DNA of 64,000 nucleotides, taken from assembly GCA_020638635.1 (NCBI GenBank), contig JACKIE010000001.1, positions 175,970 to 239,969 on the forward strand, in the 5' to 3' direction. A program made the position numbers and the translations under genes. Origin of the DNA: Planctomycetota bacterium (lineage in GTDB: Bacteria > Planctomycetota > UBA8742 > UBA2392). Of this stretch, positions 1 through 9,721 are shown in pieces. How positions within the stretch are numbered: position 1 is the stretch's first letter; every line of letters begins with the position of its first letter. The notes below the pieces were generated by a model. It had not been told where the DNA came from, did not search any database, and saw only the letters and a program-made list of their open reading frames with translations.

Positions 1-755
1 CCGGCCGCCTGCTCGCCCTCAACCAGCACGCGTTTGGCCGGCGCGCGCAGGCGCAGCTCGCCGCCCAGCTCGCGCAAGCGCTTGACCAGCGGGCGGGTGA
101 TCGCGTCGCCGCCGCCCATGATGTAGTGCGGGCCCTCCACGGCGCTGCCCACCACGGCCGCGTGGATGGCCAGAGGTACGTCGGCCGCGGGCACGGCATA
201 GAGAGACGACTGCGCGCAGAGCAGAGCGCGCAGGCGGGGGCTGACACCCAGGCGCTGAAGAAACTTCTCCAGGCTGGTCTCGTACAGATCGCGGTCGTAA
301 GCGCCCTCGGCGTCGGGGTTCAGGGAGTGCCAGTTCAGCGCGGCCTCCACGGCGCGCATGCGGGCCACGTAGGCGTCGATGGCGGCCTCTTCCCCCGGGC
401 AGGCCTGCTTCAGCGCATCGGCCAGCTTGTCCCAGCCGACCGGCACGCAGAATTCGCCGGAAGGCAGGCTGATTCGGTCGAAGCAGTCAGGGTCCAGCGG
501 CTGGGTTGACACGTCGAGACCCATGTAACGCAGCAGCCGCCACATGACCTGCCCCGGGTACAGCGAGCCCACGTAGTGCACGCCGGTGTCGAAGCGGCAC
601 GCGCCGAAGGGCCCCCGGCGCTGGAACATCTGCATGCAGCCGCCCGCCACGTTGTGAGCCTCCAGCACCAGCGGCCTGCGCCCGTGCATGGCAAGCACCA
701 CGGCGGCGCTCAGGCCGCTGATGCCGGAACCGACAATGATGGTCGAGTAACTCAC
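1..755 (-). CDS. FAD/NAD(P)-binding oxidoreductase (phytoene desaturase / amine oxidase-like), 5'-complete, 3' runs off the window
   Basis: Reverse-strand translation from a GTG at 753-755 gives VSYSTIIVGSGISGLSAAVVLA..., a GxGxxG dinucleotide-binding motif, followed by a long uninterrupted frame. It is not in the ORF track because the frame has no stop inside the window. Start codon choice is uncertain (GTG at 755 or 761). Confidence 0.6.
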   Translation of the reverse strand, partial: MSYSTIIVGSGISGLSAAVVLAMHGRRPLVLEAHNVAGGCMQMFQRRGPFGACRFDTGVHYVGSLYPGQVMWRLLRYMGLDVSTQPLDPDCFDRISLPSGEFCVPVGWDKLADALKQACPGEEAAIDAYVARMRAVEAALNWHSLNPDAEGAYDRDLYETSLEKFLQRLGVSPRLRALLCAQSSLYAVPAADVPLAIHAAVVGSAVEGPHYIMGGGDAITRPLVKRLRELGGELRLRAPAKRVLVEGEQAA

Positions 756-798
756 GCGCACATCAGAAGGAACAAGAGCCGCAAGCGCAAGCGCGCGG

Positions 799-2016
799 CT
801 AAACGCGGGCCAGCACCACCGAGGCGTTGGTGCCGCCGAAGCCGAAGCTGTTTACCAGCACGCGTTGCAGCGGCCGCTCGAGCGTGCGGGCGACCACGTT
901 GATCTTCGCCGCGCCCTCATCCTGCGCCTCGAAGTTCAGGTTCGGGGCGATGAAGCCGGCCTGCAGCATCAGGGCGCTGTACAGGATCTCGGAAGCTCCG
1001 CTCATCCAGCACTCGTGGCCGGTCATGCCCTTGGTGCTGCTGACGGGCGTGTGCTCGCCGAACACGTCGCGGATGGCCTCGGCCTCCTTGGCGTCGCCGA
1101 TCAATGTGCTGGTCGCGTGGGCGTTGATGTAGTCGATCGCGCCGGGCTGAAGCTCGGCGTGACCGAGCGCCATGCGCATGGCGCGTCGCGCGCCGTCGCC
1201 GCTGGGCAGGGTCAGGTGCTCGCCGTCGCTGCTGAAGCCGTAGCCGATCAACTCGGCCAATGGCCTGCCGCCGCGGGCCTTCAGGTGGCTTTCGCTTTCC
1301 AGGATCAGCGCCGCCGCGCCACCGCTGGGCACCAGGCCGTCTCTTGACCTGTCAAATGGCCGGCTGGCCTGGCGCGGCGCGTCTTCACGCTTGCTGAAGG
1401 TGCCGAGCGCGTCAAAGCTTGCCATGCTCTCCCAGTTGATCTCCTGCATGCCGCCGGTGATCACCACGTCCTGCAAGCCGGCGCGGATCAGAGTGAAGCC
1501 CTGCCCCACCGCGTGCGCGCCGCTGGCGCAGGCGGCGGCCAGCGTCCATGCCGCGCCCTGTGTGCCGAGCAGCGCATTGAGGTTCATGGTCGCGGTGCTG
1601 TTCATGCACTGGAAGATGTAGCCGCTGCCGAGCTGCTGTGTGGTGCCGTCGCGCCGCACGGCGTCGGCGACCTCTACGTTGGGCTGGCTGGTGCTGTCGT
1701 TGCCGATGATCAGGCCCACGCGCGGGCTGCGCAGGCTTGACAGGTCAAGGCCCGCGTGCTCGATCGCCTCGAAGGCCGAGAACGCGCACCACTGCGCGCT
1801 CTCGTGCATGCTCTTGCGCGCCTTGCGGTCCAGGCGCGACTTGGGGTCAAAGCCGTTGACCGCGCCCGTCAGTGCCGAGCGAAAGCCGAGCTCGCGGCGT
1901 CGCGGGTCCAGCACCACGCCGCTGCGCCCCTCGCGCAAGGCGGCCTCGATCTCGCCCAGGGAGTTGCCAAGGCAGGAGACCGCGGCCAGGCCGGTGATGA
2001 ACACACGTTCCGTCAT
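799..2016 (-). CDS. beta-ketoacyl-ACP synthase (KAS I/II, FabF/FabB family)
   Basis: 405-aa ORF. Active-site Cys in AAACASGAHAV, His motifs in INAHATST and KGMTGHECWMSGA, C-terminal NSFGFGGTNAS. ATG at 2014-2016. Confidence 0.85.
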   Translation of the reverse strand: MTERVFITGLAAVSCLGNSLGEIEAALREGRSGVVLDPRRRELGFRSALTGAVNGFDPKSRLDRKARKSMHESAQWCAFSAFEAIEHAGLDLSSLRSPRVGLIIGNDSTSQPNVEVADAVRRDGTTQQLGSGYIFQCMNSTATMNLNALLGTQGAAWTLAAACASGAHAVGQGFTLIRAGLQDVVITGGMQEINWESMASFDALGTFSKREDAPRQASRPFDRSRDGLVPSGGAAALILESESHLKARGGRPLAELIGYGFSSDGEHLTLPSGDGARRAMRMALGHAELQPGAIDYINAHATSTLIGDAKEAEAIRDVFGEHTPVSSTKGMTGHECWMSGASEILYSALMLQAGFIAPNLNFEAQDEGAAKINVVARTLERPLQRVLVNSFGFGGTNASVVLARV

Positions 2017-2017
2017 A

Positions 2018-2047
2018 GGGCTTGGGGCTTGGGGCTTGGGGCTTGGG
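2018..2047. repeat. (GGGGCTT)x4 tandem heptad, a G4-N3-G4-N3-G4-N3-G4 quadruplex-type motif on the + strand
   Basis: Direct reading: agggcttggggcttggggcttggggcttggggtttt immediately 5' of the KAS start codon. It lies on the template strand of the minus-strand operon. No canonical SD precedes the KAS ATG. Confidence 0.7.
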
Positions 2048-2088
2048 GTTTTCCATAACCCCTAACCCCCAGGCCCTAGACCCTTCCT

Positions 2089-2814
2089 TTACATGTACAT
2101 CCCGCCGTTGACGCCCAGCACCTGGCCGGTGATGTAGCCGGCCTGGTCGCTGGCGAGAAAGCTTACCGCCGCGGCGATCTCCTCCGCCGTGCCGAAACGA
2201 CCCAGGGGCACGGCCTTGGACAGCTCTTCCCTGGGCAGGTCTTTCACCATGTCGGTCTCAATGAAGCCGGGCGCGACCACGTTGACAGTGATCTTGCGGC
2301 TGGCGATCTCCTTGGCGAGCGCCTTGCACGCGCCGATCAAACCCGCCTTGCTGGCGGAGTAGTTGACCTGGCCGGCGTTGCCCGCCTGGCCGGAAACGCT
2401 TGAAATCGCAATGATCCGCCCGCTGCGGCGCCGCAGCATGCCGCGCAGGCAGGCCTTGGTTATGTGGTAGAAGCCGCCCAGGTTGGTGTCGATCACGCTG
2501 GACCATTCTTCTTCGCTGGTCATGGCGAACAGCCCGTCGCGGGTGATGCCGGCGTTGCTGACCACCACGTCGGGCGCGCCCTCGGCCTCGATCAGCGGCT
2601 CGAGCGCGGCCCGTACGGCCTCGCCATCCGCCACGTTAAAGCCCACCGGGATGGCGCTGCCGCCCGCGGACTCGATCTCCGCGCACAGGCTTTCGGCCTC
2701 GGCCTTGCCGCGCCCGTAGTTGACCCACACCCGATAGCCGTCGGCCGCCAGGCGTTTTGCCACGGCGCGTCCGATGCCCCGGGATGCCCCTGTAACCAGT
2801 GCGATGCCTGCCAA
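2089..2814 (-). CDS. fabG: 3-oxoacyl-ACP reductase (SDR family, FabG-like)
   Basis: The ORF-track ORF 2089..3285 has an Arg-rich N-terminal extension. A TTG at 2812-2814 is preceded by AGGAGG at spacing about 5 and yields (M)AGIALVTGASRGIGRAVA... with the TGxxxGxG Rossmann motif, NAG, and YSASKAGLIG (the YxxxK catalytic motif). Confidence 0.8.
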   Translation of the reverse strand: MAGIALVTGASRGIGRAVAKRLAADGYRVWVNYGRGKAEAESLCAEIESAGGSAIPVGFNVADGEAVRAALEPLIEAEGAPDVVVSNAGITRDGLFAMTSEEEWSSVIDTNLGGFYHITKACLRGMLRRRSGRIIAISSVSGQAGNAGQVNYSASKAGLIGACKALAKEIASRKITVNVVAPGFIETDMVKDLPREELSKAVPLGRFGTAEEIAAAVSFLASDQAGYITGQVLGVNGGMYM

Positions 2815-2934
2815 ACCTGCCTCCTGTGCGGGCGCTTTACACTTCGCGCCGAGGGTGCGTATATTAGCTGGCTTGCCGGGCGTCGAGTAGGGCGCTTCCG
2901 GTCGTGGGGCGGCAGCAAGCAAGGAAGCGGAAAA

Positions 2935-3192
2935 GTGGAAGCCCTGGTAGACGAACTGAAAACCCTGATTATCGAACACCTGAACCTCGAAGACGTGGAC
3001 GCCAGCAAGGTGGACCCCGATGCGCCGCTGTTCGGCGAAGGGCTCGGGCTCGACAGCGTGGACGCGCTGGAGCTGGTGATGCTGATGGAGAAGACCTACG
3101 GCGCGCGCATCGAGTCGTCCGAGGTCGGCAAGCAGGCCTTCGCCACGCTCAGCAGCCTGGCCCGTTTCGTGCAGGAAAACCGCAAGAACTAG
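2935..3192 (+). CDS. acyl carrier protein (cluster-dedicated ACP)
   Basis: GTG at 2935 with AAGGAAG about 8 nt upstream. The 85-aa product carries LGLDSVDALELVMLME, the DSL phosphopantetheine-attachment motif. It is the in-frame C-terminal part of track ORF 2464..3192. Confidence 0.8.
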   Translation: MEALVDELKTLIIEHLNLEDVDASKVDPDAPLFGEGLGLDSVDALELVMLMEKTYGARIESSEVGKQAFATLSSLARFVQENRKN

Positions 3193-3293
3193 CCTGTTGT
3201 GAGCAGCGGGACGGCGCAGGGACGCGCCGCCCGCATGCTCGCGTTTGTACTGGGTTGCAGCTAACCTTTGACGAGAATTTCGCATCGCCGCCT

Positions 3294-4529
3294 ATGACTC
3301 AGCAGCCACTTGAGCTTGTCGCGATTACCGGCCTCGGCGTCATCGGCGCCTGCGGCCGTGGGCTGCCCACCATGGACCAGGCCCTGCGAGAAGGGCGCGA
3401 GGGCGTGGGCGCGCTGGGCCTGTGGCAGTCCAGCCTGGGCGACTTTCCGGTCGGCCAGTACCGCGGCGACCTGGAAGCGGACCTGGACAACGTACCCGGC
3501 CTGACGCCGTATTTACGCAAGCGCCTGTCGCGCTCGGACGCGCTGGCCCTGGTAGCCGCCGCCGAGGCCGTTGGGCAGGCAGGCCTGCCCTCGCTGCAAG
3601 CGTTCGGCGCGTATGTGGGCCAGAGCGTGTGCGGCACGCTCACCAGCGAAGCCCTCTATATAGAAGCGCGCAGACGCGCCAACGCCGGCAACCCCGAAAA
3701 AGTGGACATGCGCGGCGCGTTCGTGCACGAGGGCGCCAACACGCTGGACCGGCTAGCCGAAGCCTTCGGCCTGCGCGGCCCGACGCTCAGTTTCATGACC
3801 GCATGCAGCAGCGCGGCCAACGCCATCGGCCTGGCGGCGGACGCGATCCGCGCGGGGCGCTGCGAGGTGATGCTGGCGGGTGGCGCGGACAGCCTGTCGC
3901 GCATCGCCTTCAACGGTTTCTGCAGCCTGAAGGTGGTGAGCCCGGACGGCCCGCGCCCCTTTGACCGCGAGCGCCAGGGCATGATGGTGGGTGAGGGCGC
4001 CGGCATGCTGGTGCTGGAGTCAGCCGCGCACGCCAAGGCGCGCGGCGCGCGGGTGCTGGCGTGGCTGAGCGGCTACGGCCACTCCTGCGACGCGCACCAC
4101 CTGACGGCGCCCCATCCCGAGGGCAAAGGCGCCATCGCCGCCATGCGGGAGGCGCTTGAACTGGCGGGGTTGCGGCCGTCAGACATCGGCTACATCAACG
4201 CCCACGGTACTGCCACGCTGGACAACGACCGCACGGAGGCGCGCGCGATCAGCAGCCTGTTCGGCGAAGGCGCGGTGCCGGTCAGCAGCACCAAGCGCTT
4301 CTTCGGGCATACGCTCGCGGCGGCCGGCGGCATCGAGGCGGTGGTTTCGGTGTGGGCGCTGCGGCACAAGCTCCTGCCAGCCAACCTGGGTGTGCGCGTG
4401 CCGCTTGAAGAAGCGAAGTTGGACCTGGTCACGGTGAACCAGCCGGCGCAGGGCCTGCACCATGTGCTTTCCAACAGCTTCGGCTTCGGCGGCAACAACG
4501 CGGCTCTCGTTTTCACGGAGGCTGTCTGA
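3294..4529 (+). CDS. beta-ketoacyl-ACP synthase (FabF-like condensing enzyme)
   Basis: ATG at 3294 (MTQQPLELVAITGLGV...), in frame with track ORF 2904..4529. FMTACSSAANAIG (active Cys), INAHGTATLDND (HGT), FGHTLAAAGG (GH), NSFGFGGNNAALVF. Confidence 0.85.
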   Translation: MTQQPLELVAITGLGVIGACGRGLPTMDQALREGREGVGALGLWQSSLGDFPVGQYRGDLEADLDNVPGLTPYLRKRLSRSDALALVAAAEAVGQAGLPSLQAFGAYVGQSVCGTLTSEALYIEARRRANAGNPEKVDMRGAFVHEGANTLDRLAEAFGLRGPTLSFMTACSSAANAIGLAADAIRAGRCEVMLAGGADSLSRIAFNGFCSLKVVSPDGPRPFDRERQGMMVGEGAGMLVLESAAHAKARGARVLAWLSGYGHSCDAHHLTAPHPEGKGAIAAMREALELAGLRPSDIGYINAHGTATLDNDRTEARAISSLFGEGAVPVSSTKRFFGHTLAAAGGIEAVVSVWALRHKLLPANLGVRVPLEEAKLDLVTVNQPAQGLHHVLSNSFGFGGNNAALVFTEAV

Positions 4530-4933
4530 TGGACCCGCAGCGTCAACAACAGTTGAACTGGCTGTTCGAGCAGGTGTTCATCGCCGCGCAGCGAGTGCAC
4601 GATGCGCTTGGCCGCAGCCTGCCGGCGCTCACCTACTTGAGCTGCCTGGCCTATGAGCTGGAACAGGCCGGTCGCAAGGTGCAGCGCGACATCGCGGTGC
4701 CGATCATCTACGGCCAGCACCGGGTGGACAAAGGCGCCGTGATCGACCTGGTGGTGGACGGCCTCGCCGCCGTGCGCGTGCTAAGCGTGGAGAACATGAC
4801 GCTGTTCCATGACCAGGAAGTGCAGACGCTGCTACGGGTTTCCGGCCTGCCACTGGGAATCGTGATTAACTTCAGCGTGCCCAGCGTCAGGGGCGCAACG
4901 CATCGGATCATGAACCCGGCACCGAGGGTGTGA
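4529..4933 (+). CDS. GxxExxY family protein
   Basis: 134-aa product matches the family pattern ...YLSCLAYELEQAGRKVQRDIAVPIIYGQHRV...VIDLVVDGLAAVRVLSVENMTLFHDQEVQTLLRVSGLPLGIVINF, including the C-terminal INF signature. Its ATG overlaps the KAS TGA (ATGA). Confidence 0.8.
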   Translation: MDPQRQQQLNWLFEQVFIAAQRVHDALGRSLPALTYLSCLAYELEQAGRKVQRDIAVPIIYGQHRVDKGAVIDLVVDGLAAVRVLSVENMTLFHDQEVQTLLRVSGLPLGIVINFSVPSVRGATHRIMNPAPRV

Positions 4934-5084
4934 CGATTTAGGATTTTCGATTTTGGATTTTGGATTGAAGTACGACCTGCACAACAAACTGCGCGGCAAA
5001 GTAGAAGGGCGCCCCAAGGCGGCTGTTGGCTATGTCGTGGCTATACGCATCAATCCAAAATCCAAAATCCAAAATCTAAAATCG
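4934..5084. repeat. AT-rich imperfect inverted repeat, about 35-bp arms built from TTTTGGA heptads, around an 81-bp spacer
   Basis: Left arm cgatttaggattttcgattttggattttggattga (4934-4968). The right arm tcaatccaaaatccaaaatccaaaatctaaaatcg (5050-5084) is its near-perfect reverse complement. Composition is starkly unlike the surrounding 68% GC DNA. Confidence 0.6.
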
Positions 5085-5101
5085 ACGTCGGGGGACGAAC
5101 G

Positions 5102-6220
5102 ATGAGCATCATCGTAACCGGCATCGGAGTCGTCTCCGCGCTCGGCCCTAACGCCGCGGCGTTCCGGCGTGGGTTGCTGGAGGGCTCGAACGCCTGCGCG
5201 CTGCACGGGTTTGAGCGTTTCGACGGCAGCGTGGTCAATGCGCCCGCCTACATGGCTGTGCCCGCCGAGCCCGAGGGGCTGATCGAGCCCCGCAAGCTGC
5301 GGCGCATGTTCCGGCTGGCGCGCATGAGCGCCGTGGCCGCGCGCCAGGCACTGAAACACGCGGAGCTGGAGCCGGCCAGCCTTGACCCGTCAAGACTCGG
5401 CGTGGTGTTCGGCACCAGCTTCGGCGCCATGGAGCCCACCCAGAAGTTCGTCGATTCCTGGATCGAGGGCGGCGAGGCGTCCGCCAGCCCCCTGCAGTTC
5501 ATGAACAGCGTGCACGGCATCCTGGCCAGCCAGATCGCACTGGACATCAACGCCACTGGCGTGAATTTAACCTGCGCCCAGCGGGACATCTGTTTCGAAG
5601 CCGCGCTCGACACGGCCGTGAACCTGCTTCAGGCGCGGCGCGCCGACGTGCTGCTGGTGGGCGGCGCCGATGAGATCACGCCCATGCTGCACGAGTTCGG
5701 CTCGCACACCGGCCAGCTGGTGCTTCAGGACGTGCCCGGCCTCGACCCCTGGGGCGCCCGGCGCGGCGTCGTGCCGGGAGACGGAGCAGCCGTCTTTGTG
5801 CTGGAGCGCGACGACAGCCCGCGCCGCGCCCTGGCACGCGTGGCCGCCAGCCGCGTCGGCCGTCACGACCAGGGCGGGCCCAACCTGGCCGTGGAACTGG
5901 CCGAGGCCGCCCGGCCTGATCTTGTGACTAACAACCGTGACGGCGGCGCGCGCTGCGCCCGCCTGAACGACCGGCAACAGGCCGAGCTGGGGCTGCATGT
6001 GCCGGCCGTCAGCCACCGCGGCAACTTCGGCACCTGGCCGGCCGCGGGGGCCGTGCAGTTCGCGGCCAACGTGCTGATGCTATGCAACGGCGAGTTTTTC
6101 ATGCCATTGGCGGGCGGCAAGCCGGTGGAGTTGAAGGCCGAGGCGCCAAAGGCGATCCTGCACAACGCCCCCAGCATCAGCGGCAGCCACGCGGCCTATG
6201 TGCTGGCGGTTTCCGACTGA
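5102..6220 (+). CDS. beta-ketoacyl synthase-like protein (non-canonical, possible chain-length-factor-type partner)
   Basis: 372 aa with a thiolase/KAS-like fold signature (IIVTGIGVVSALG, GGADEITP, GVNLTCAQRD). It lacks clear HGT/GHxxGAAG catalytic motifs. Confidence 0.65.
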   Translation: MSIIVTGIGVVSALGPNAAAFRRGLLEGSNACALHGFERFDGSVVNAPAYMAVPAEPEGLIEPRKLRRMFRLARMSAVAARQALKHAELEPASLDPSRLGVVFGTSFGAMEPTQKFVDSWIEGGEASASPLQFMNSVHGILASQIALDINATGVNLTCAQRDICFEAALDTAVNLLQARRADVLLVGGADEITPMLHEFGSHTGQLVLQDVPGLDPWGARRGVVPGDGAAVFVLERDDSPRRALARVAASRVGRHDQGGPNLAVELAEAARPDLVTNNRDGGARCARLNDRQQAELGLHVPAVSHRGNFGTWPAAGAVQFAANVLMLCNGEFFMPLAGGKPVELKAEAPKAILHNAPSISGSHAAYVLAVSD

Positions 6221-6277
6221 CCACTGCACGAACCTCAAATGCCCAAGTCAGTGCGAAGCTCGAAAAGCACTGCGATA

Positions 6278-6359
6278 AACCACGAAGGGCCACTAAGGGC
6301 CACCAAGTTGACCAAGGTTGTAGGCAGTCCTTCGTGGCCGTTAGTGGCCCTTCGTGGTT
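6278..6359. repeat. 30-bp imperfect inverted repeat (long hairpin) downstream of the KS-like gene
   Basis: aaccacgaagggccactaagggccaccaag (6278-6307) pairs with cttcgtggccgttagtggcccttcgtggtt (6330-6359) with 3 mismatches. It is followed by ttaacagcatttt, a weak U-tract, so it may be a terminator or a REP-like element. Confidence 0.6.
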
Positions 6360-6496
6360 AACAGCATTTTGCAGTTGTCAGTAATGCAGGCCACAATCAG
6401 TAAAGCAGGCCACAAAAGGAAGCATCGCGGAACGCGTTTCGTGCGCAGTCTTTTGTGCTTTTGTGTTTTCGTGGCCCCCAATGCTTTACTGTCAGC

Positions 6497-7597
6497 ATGG
6501 ATAGCCCGATCAAGCTGATCAAGACCTACGCCAGCTTCGTGAAGCTGGCGCACACGGTGTTCGCCCTGCCGTTCGCGATGGTGGGCATGCTCGCGGCCTA
6601 CGCCGTGCCGACGGGCTACCTGTACATCTTCCCCGGCCCCAGCGACACCGGCAACTATCCCGGCAGCTTCGACCAGCATGTGTACTTTTCGTGGGTCACG
6701 GTCGCGCTCATCCTGCTCTGCATGGTCGGTGCGCGCAGCTTCGCCATGGCCGTCAACCGCATTCTTGACCGCAAGATCGACGCGCTCAATCCGCGCACGG
6801 CCGTGCGCGAACTGCCCGCCGGCGCGATGACGCTGACGCAAGCCTGGGTGTTTGCGCTGGTAATGGCGGTGTTGTACTTCGGCGCGTGCTTTGCGCTCAG
6901 CCCGGTGGTGTTCGCGCTGTCGCCGATTCCGATTGCACTGATGCTGCTGTACCCGCTGACCAAGCGCTTCACATGGCTCTGCCACCTGGTGCTGGGCGCG
7001 TCGCTGGGCCTGGCGCCGGTCGGCGCCTGGGTGGCTGTGCGCGGCATGGCGCTGGTGAAGTCCGGCATAAGCAACAGGGGCGGCGAGTGGCTGACGTACG
7101 GTTGGCGCGCGGATCTGTTCGGCAACGATGCCATCAGTAATGGCCTTGGCTGGCAATCCGTCACCGAGCCGCTGCCTTGGCTGCTGGGCGGGGCGGTGCT
7201 GCTCTGGGTTGCGGGCTTTGACGTGATCTATGCGTTGCAGGACGACGAGTTCGACCGCGAGCACAGGCTGAAATCCATCCCCGCGCGCTTCGGCCGTCGT
7301 GGCGCGTTGTGGATCAGCCGTGCCATGCACGCCGCCAGCGCGGCGCTGTTCTTCGCCTTCGTGTGGGTGCTGCTGCACCCGGCGCCCGTGGGCGGCATGG
7401 ACACCCGCCAGTACACCGAAGTGGCCGAATGGGTGTGGGCCGCGCCCTGCGTGATGCTGGCCGGCATGCTGTACCAGCATTCGCTCGTGAAGCCGAATGA
7501 CCTGTCGCGCGTAAACCTCGCGTTCTTCACAGTGAACGGCGTGATCAGCGTGGCGTTTGGCCTGGTGTTCGCAACTGGCTGGTGGGCAGCGCGCTAA
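6497..7597 (+). CDS. UbiA-family aromatic/polyprenyl prenyltransferase
   Basis: Polytopic membrane protein with the two Asp-rich UbiA motifs: NRILDRKIDALNPRT and DVIYALQDDEFD. Start could be 6455 (track) or the ATG at 6497 (MDSPIKLIK). Confidence 0.8.
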   Translation: MDSPIKLIKTYASFVKLAHTVFALPFAMVGMLAAYAVPTGYLYIFPGPSDTGNYPGSFDQHVYFSWVTVALILLCMVGARSFAMAVNRILDRKIDALNPRTAVRELPAGAMTLTQAWVFALVMAVLYFGACFALSPVVFALSPIPIALMLLYPLTKRFTWLCHLVLGASLGLAPVGAWVAVRGMALVKSGISNRGGEWLTYGWRADLFGNDAISNGLGWQSVTEPLPWLLGGAVLLWVAGFDVIYALQDDEFDREHRLKSIPARFGRRGALWISRAMHAASAALFFAFVWVLLHPAPVGGMDTRQYTEVAEWVWAAPCVMLAGMLYQHSLVKPNDLSRVNLAFFTVNGVISVAFGLVFATGWWAAR

Positions 7598-7714
7598 CCC
7601 GTCGCTTGCGCTCCGGGCTCCTGTTTTCCGTGGCGACATTGCGCACGAATTTGGCCCTTAAACTGCGCTTTACTCCGGGGTTTCGCTGGTTAGTATCGCG
7701 CTCCCCTATGGGGT

Positions 7715-9250
<1,536 letters not shown>

Positions 9251-9281
9251 CGTCGCTTACTGGTCCCAACGGAGAAGTGCC

Positions 9282-9683
9282 ATGGCAGGAAGCCCCCCTC
9301 CCGGACAAGGCTACCCGCAGCAACCGCAAGGCAACTACCCGCCCCCGGGCGGGTACCAGCAGCCCGGCGGCTATGCGCCCCAGGGCGGCCAGCCGGGTTT
9401 CAACCAGGCCGGGCCATTCGGCGTTCACCCCAGCGGTCTTCCGTACTCGGACAAGCAGAAGCAGACTGCGGCAATTCTGCAGCTGATAGGCTTCGTCGGT
9501 GTCGGCGGCATCGGCCGCATGTACGCGGGCCAGGTTGGTCTGGGTGTTGCGCAGTTGCTTGTGGGCTGGGCGACCTGCGGACTGGGGCTCTGGTGGTCGA
9601 TCATCGACGGCTTCATGATGCTTTCAGACAACAACACCGGGACGTACGTGGATGCCGACGGCCGTCCGCTGCGCCCGAACTAG
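9282..9683 (+). CDS. TM2 domain membrane protein with a Pro/Gln/Gly/Tyr-rich N-terminus
   Basis: N-terminal 50 aa are low complexity (GYPQQPQGNYPPPGGYQQPGGYAPQGG). The C-terminus has two hydrophobic helices (AAILQLIGFVGVGGIGRMYAG...LLVGWATCGLGLWWSIIDG) typical of the TM2 domain. Confidence 0.7.
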   Translation: MAGSPPPGQGYPQQPQGNYPPPGGYQQPGGYAPQGGQPGFNQAGPFGVHPSGLPYSDKQKQTAAILQLIGFVGVGGIGRMYAGQVGLGVAQLLVGWATCGLGLWWSIIDGFMMLSDNNTGTYVDADGRPLRPN

Positions 9684-9721
9684 TGTAGGGGCGCGGCTTG
9701 CCGCGCCCGTGGCAGACGAAT

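Noticed and set aside
126-902. Several 60-130-aa ORFs (126..509 +, 410..694 -, 576..902 +) at the window start
   Set aside because: They overlap the long uninterrupted reverse-strand frame encoding the FAD oxidoreductase and are Arg/Ala-rich artefacts of high GC.
2815-3285. N-terminal 157-aa extension of the FabG ORF (track ORF 2089..3285) and the 5' part of track ORF 2464..3192
   Set aside because: Arg/Gly-rich, no SDR similarity. A TTG with a perfect AGGAGG SD at 2812-2814 gives the canonical TGASRGIG N-terminus. The extension also overlaps the divergent ACP promoter region.
2904-3293. N-terminal 130-aa extension of track ORF 2904..4529
   Set aside because: It overlaps the ACP gene in another frame and is Arg-rich. 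The KAS N-terminus (MTQQPLELVAITGLG) starts at the in-frame ATG at 3294.
6341-7639. 432-aa reverse-strand ORF opposite the UbiA gene
   Set aside because: Extremely Arg/His/Ala-rich with no domain signal. It is antisense to a strongly supported membrane-protein gene.
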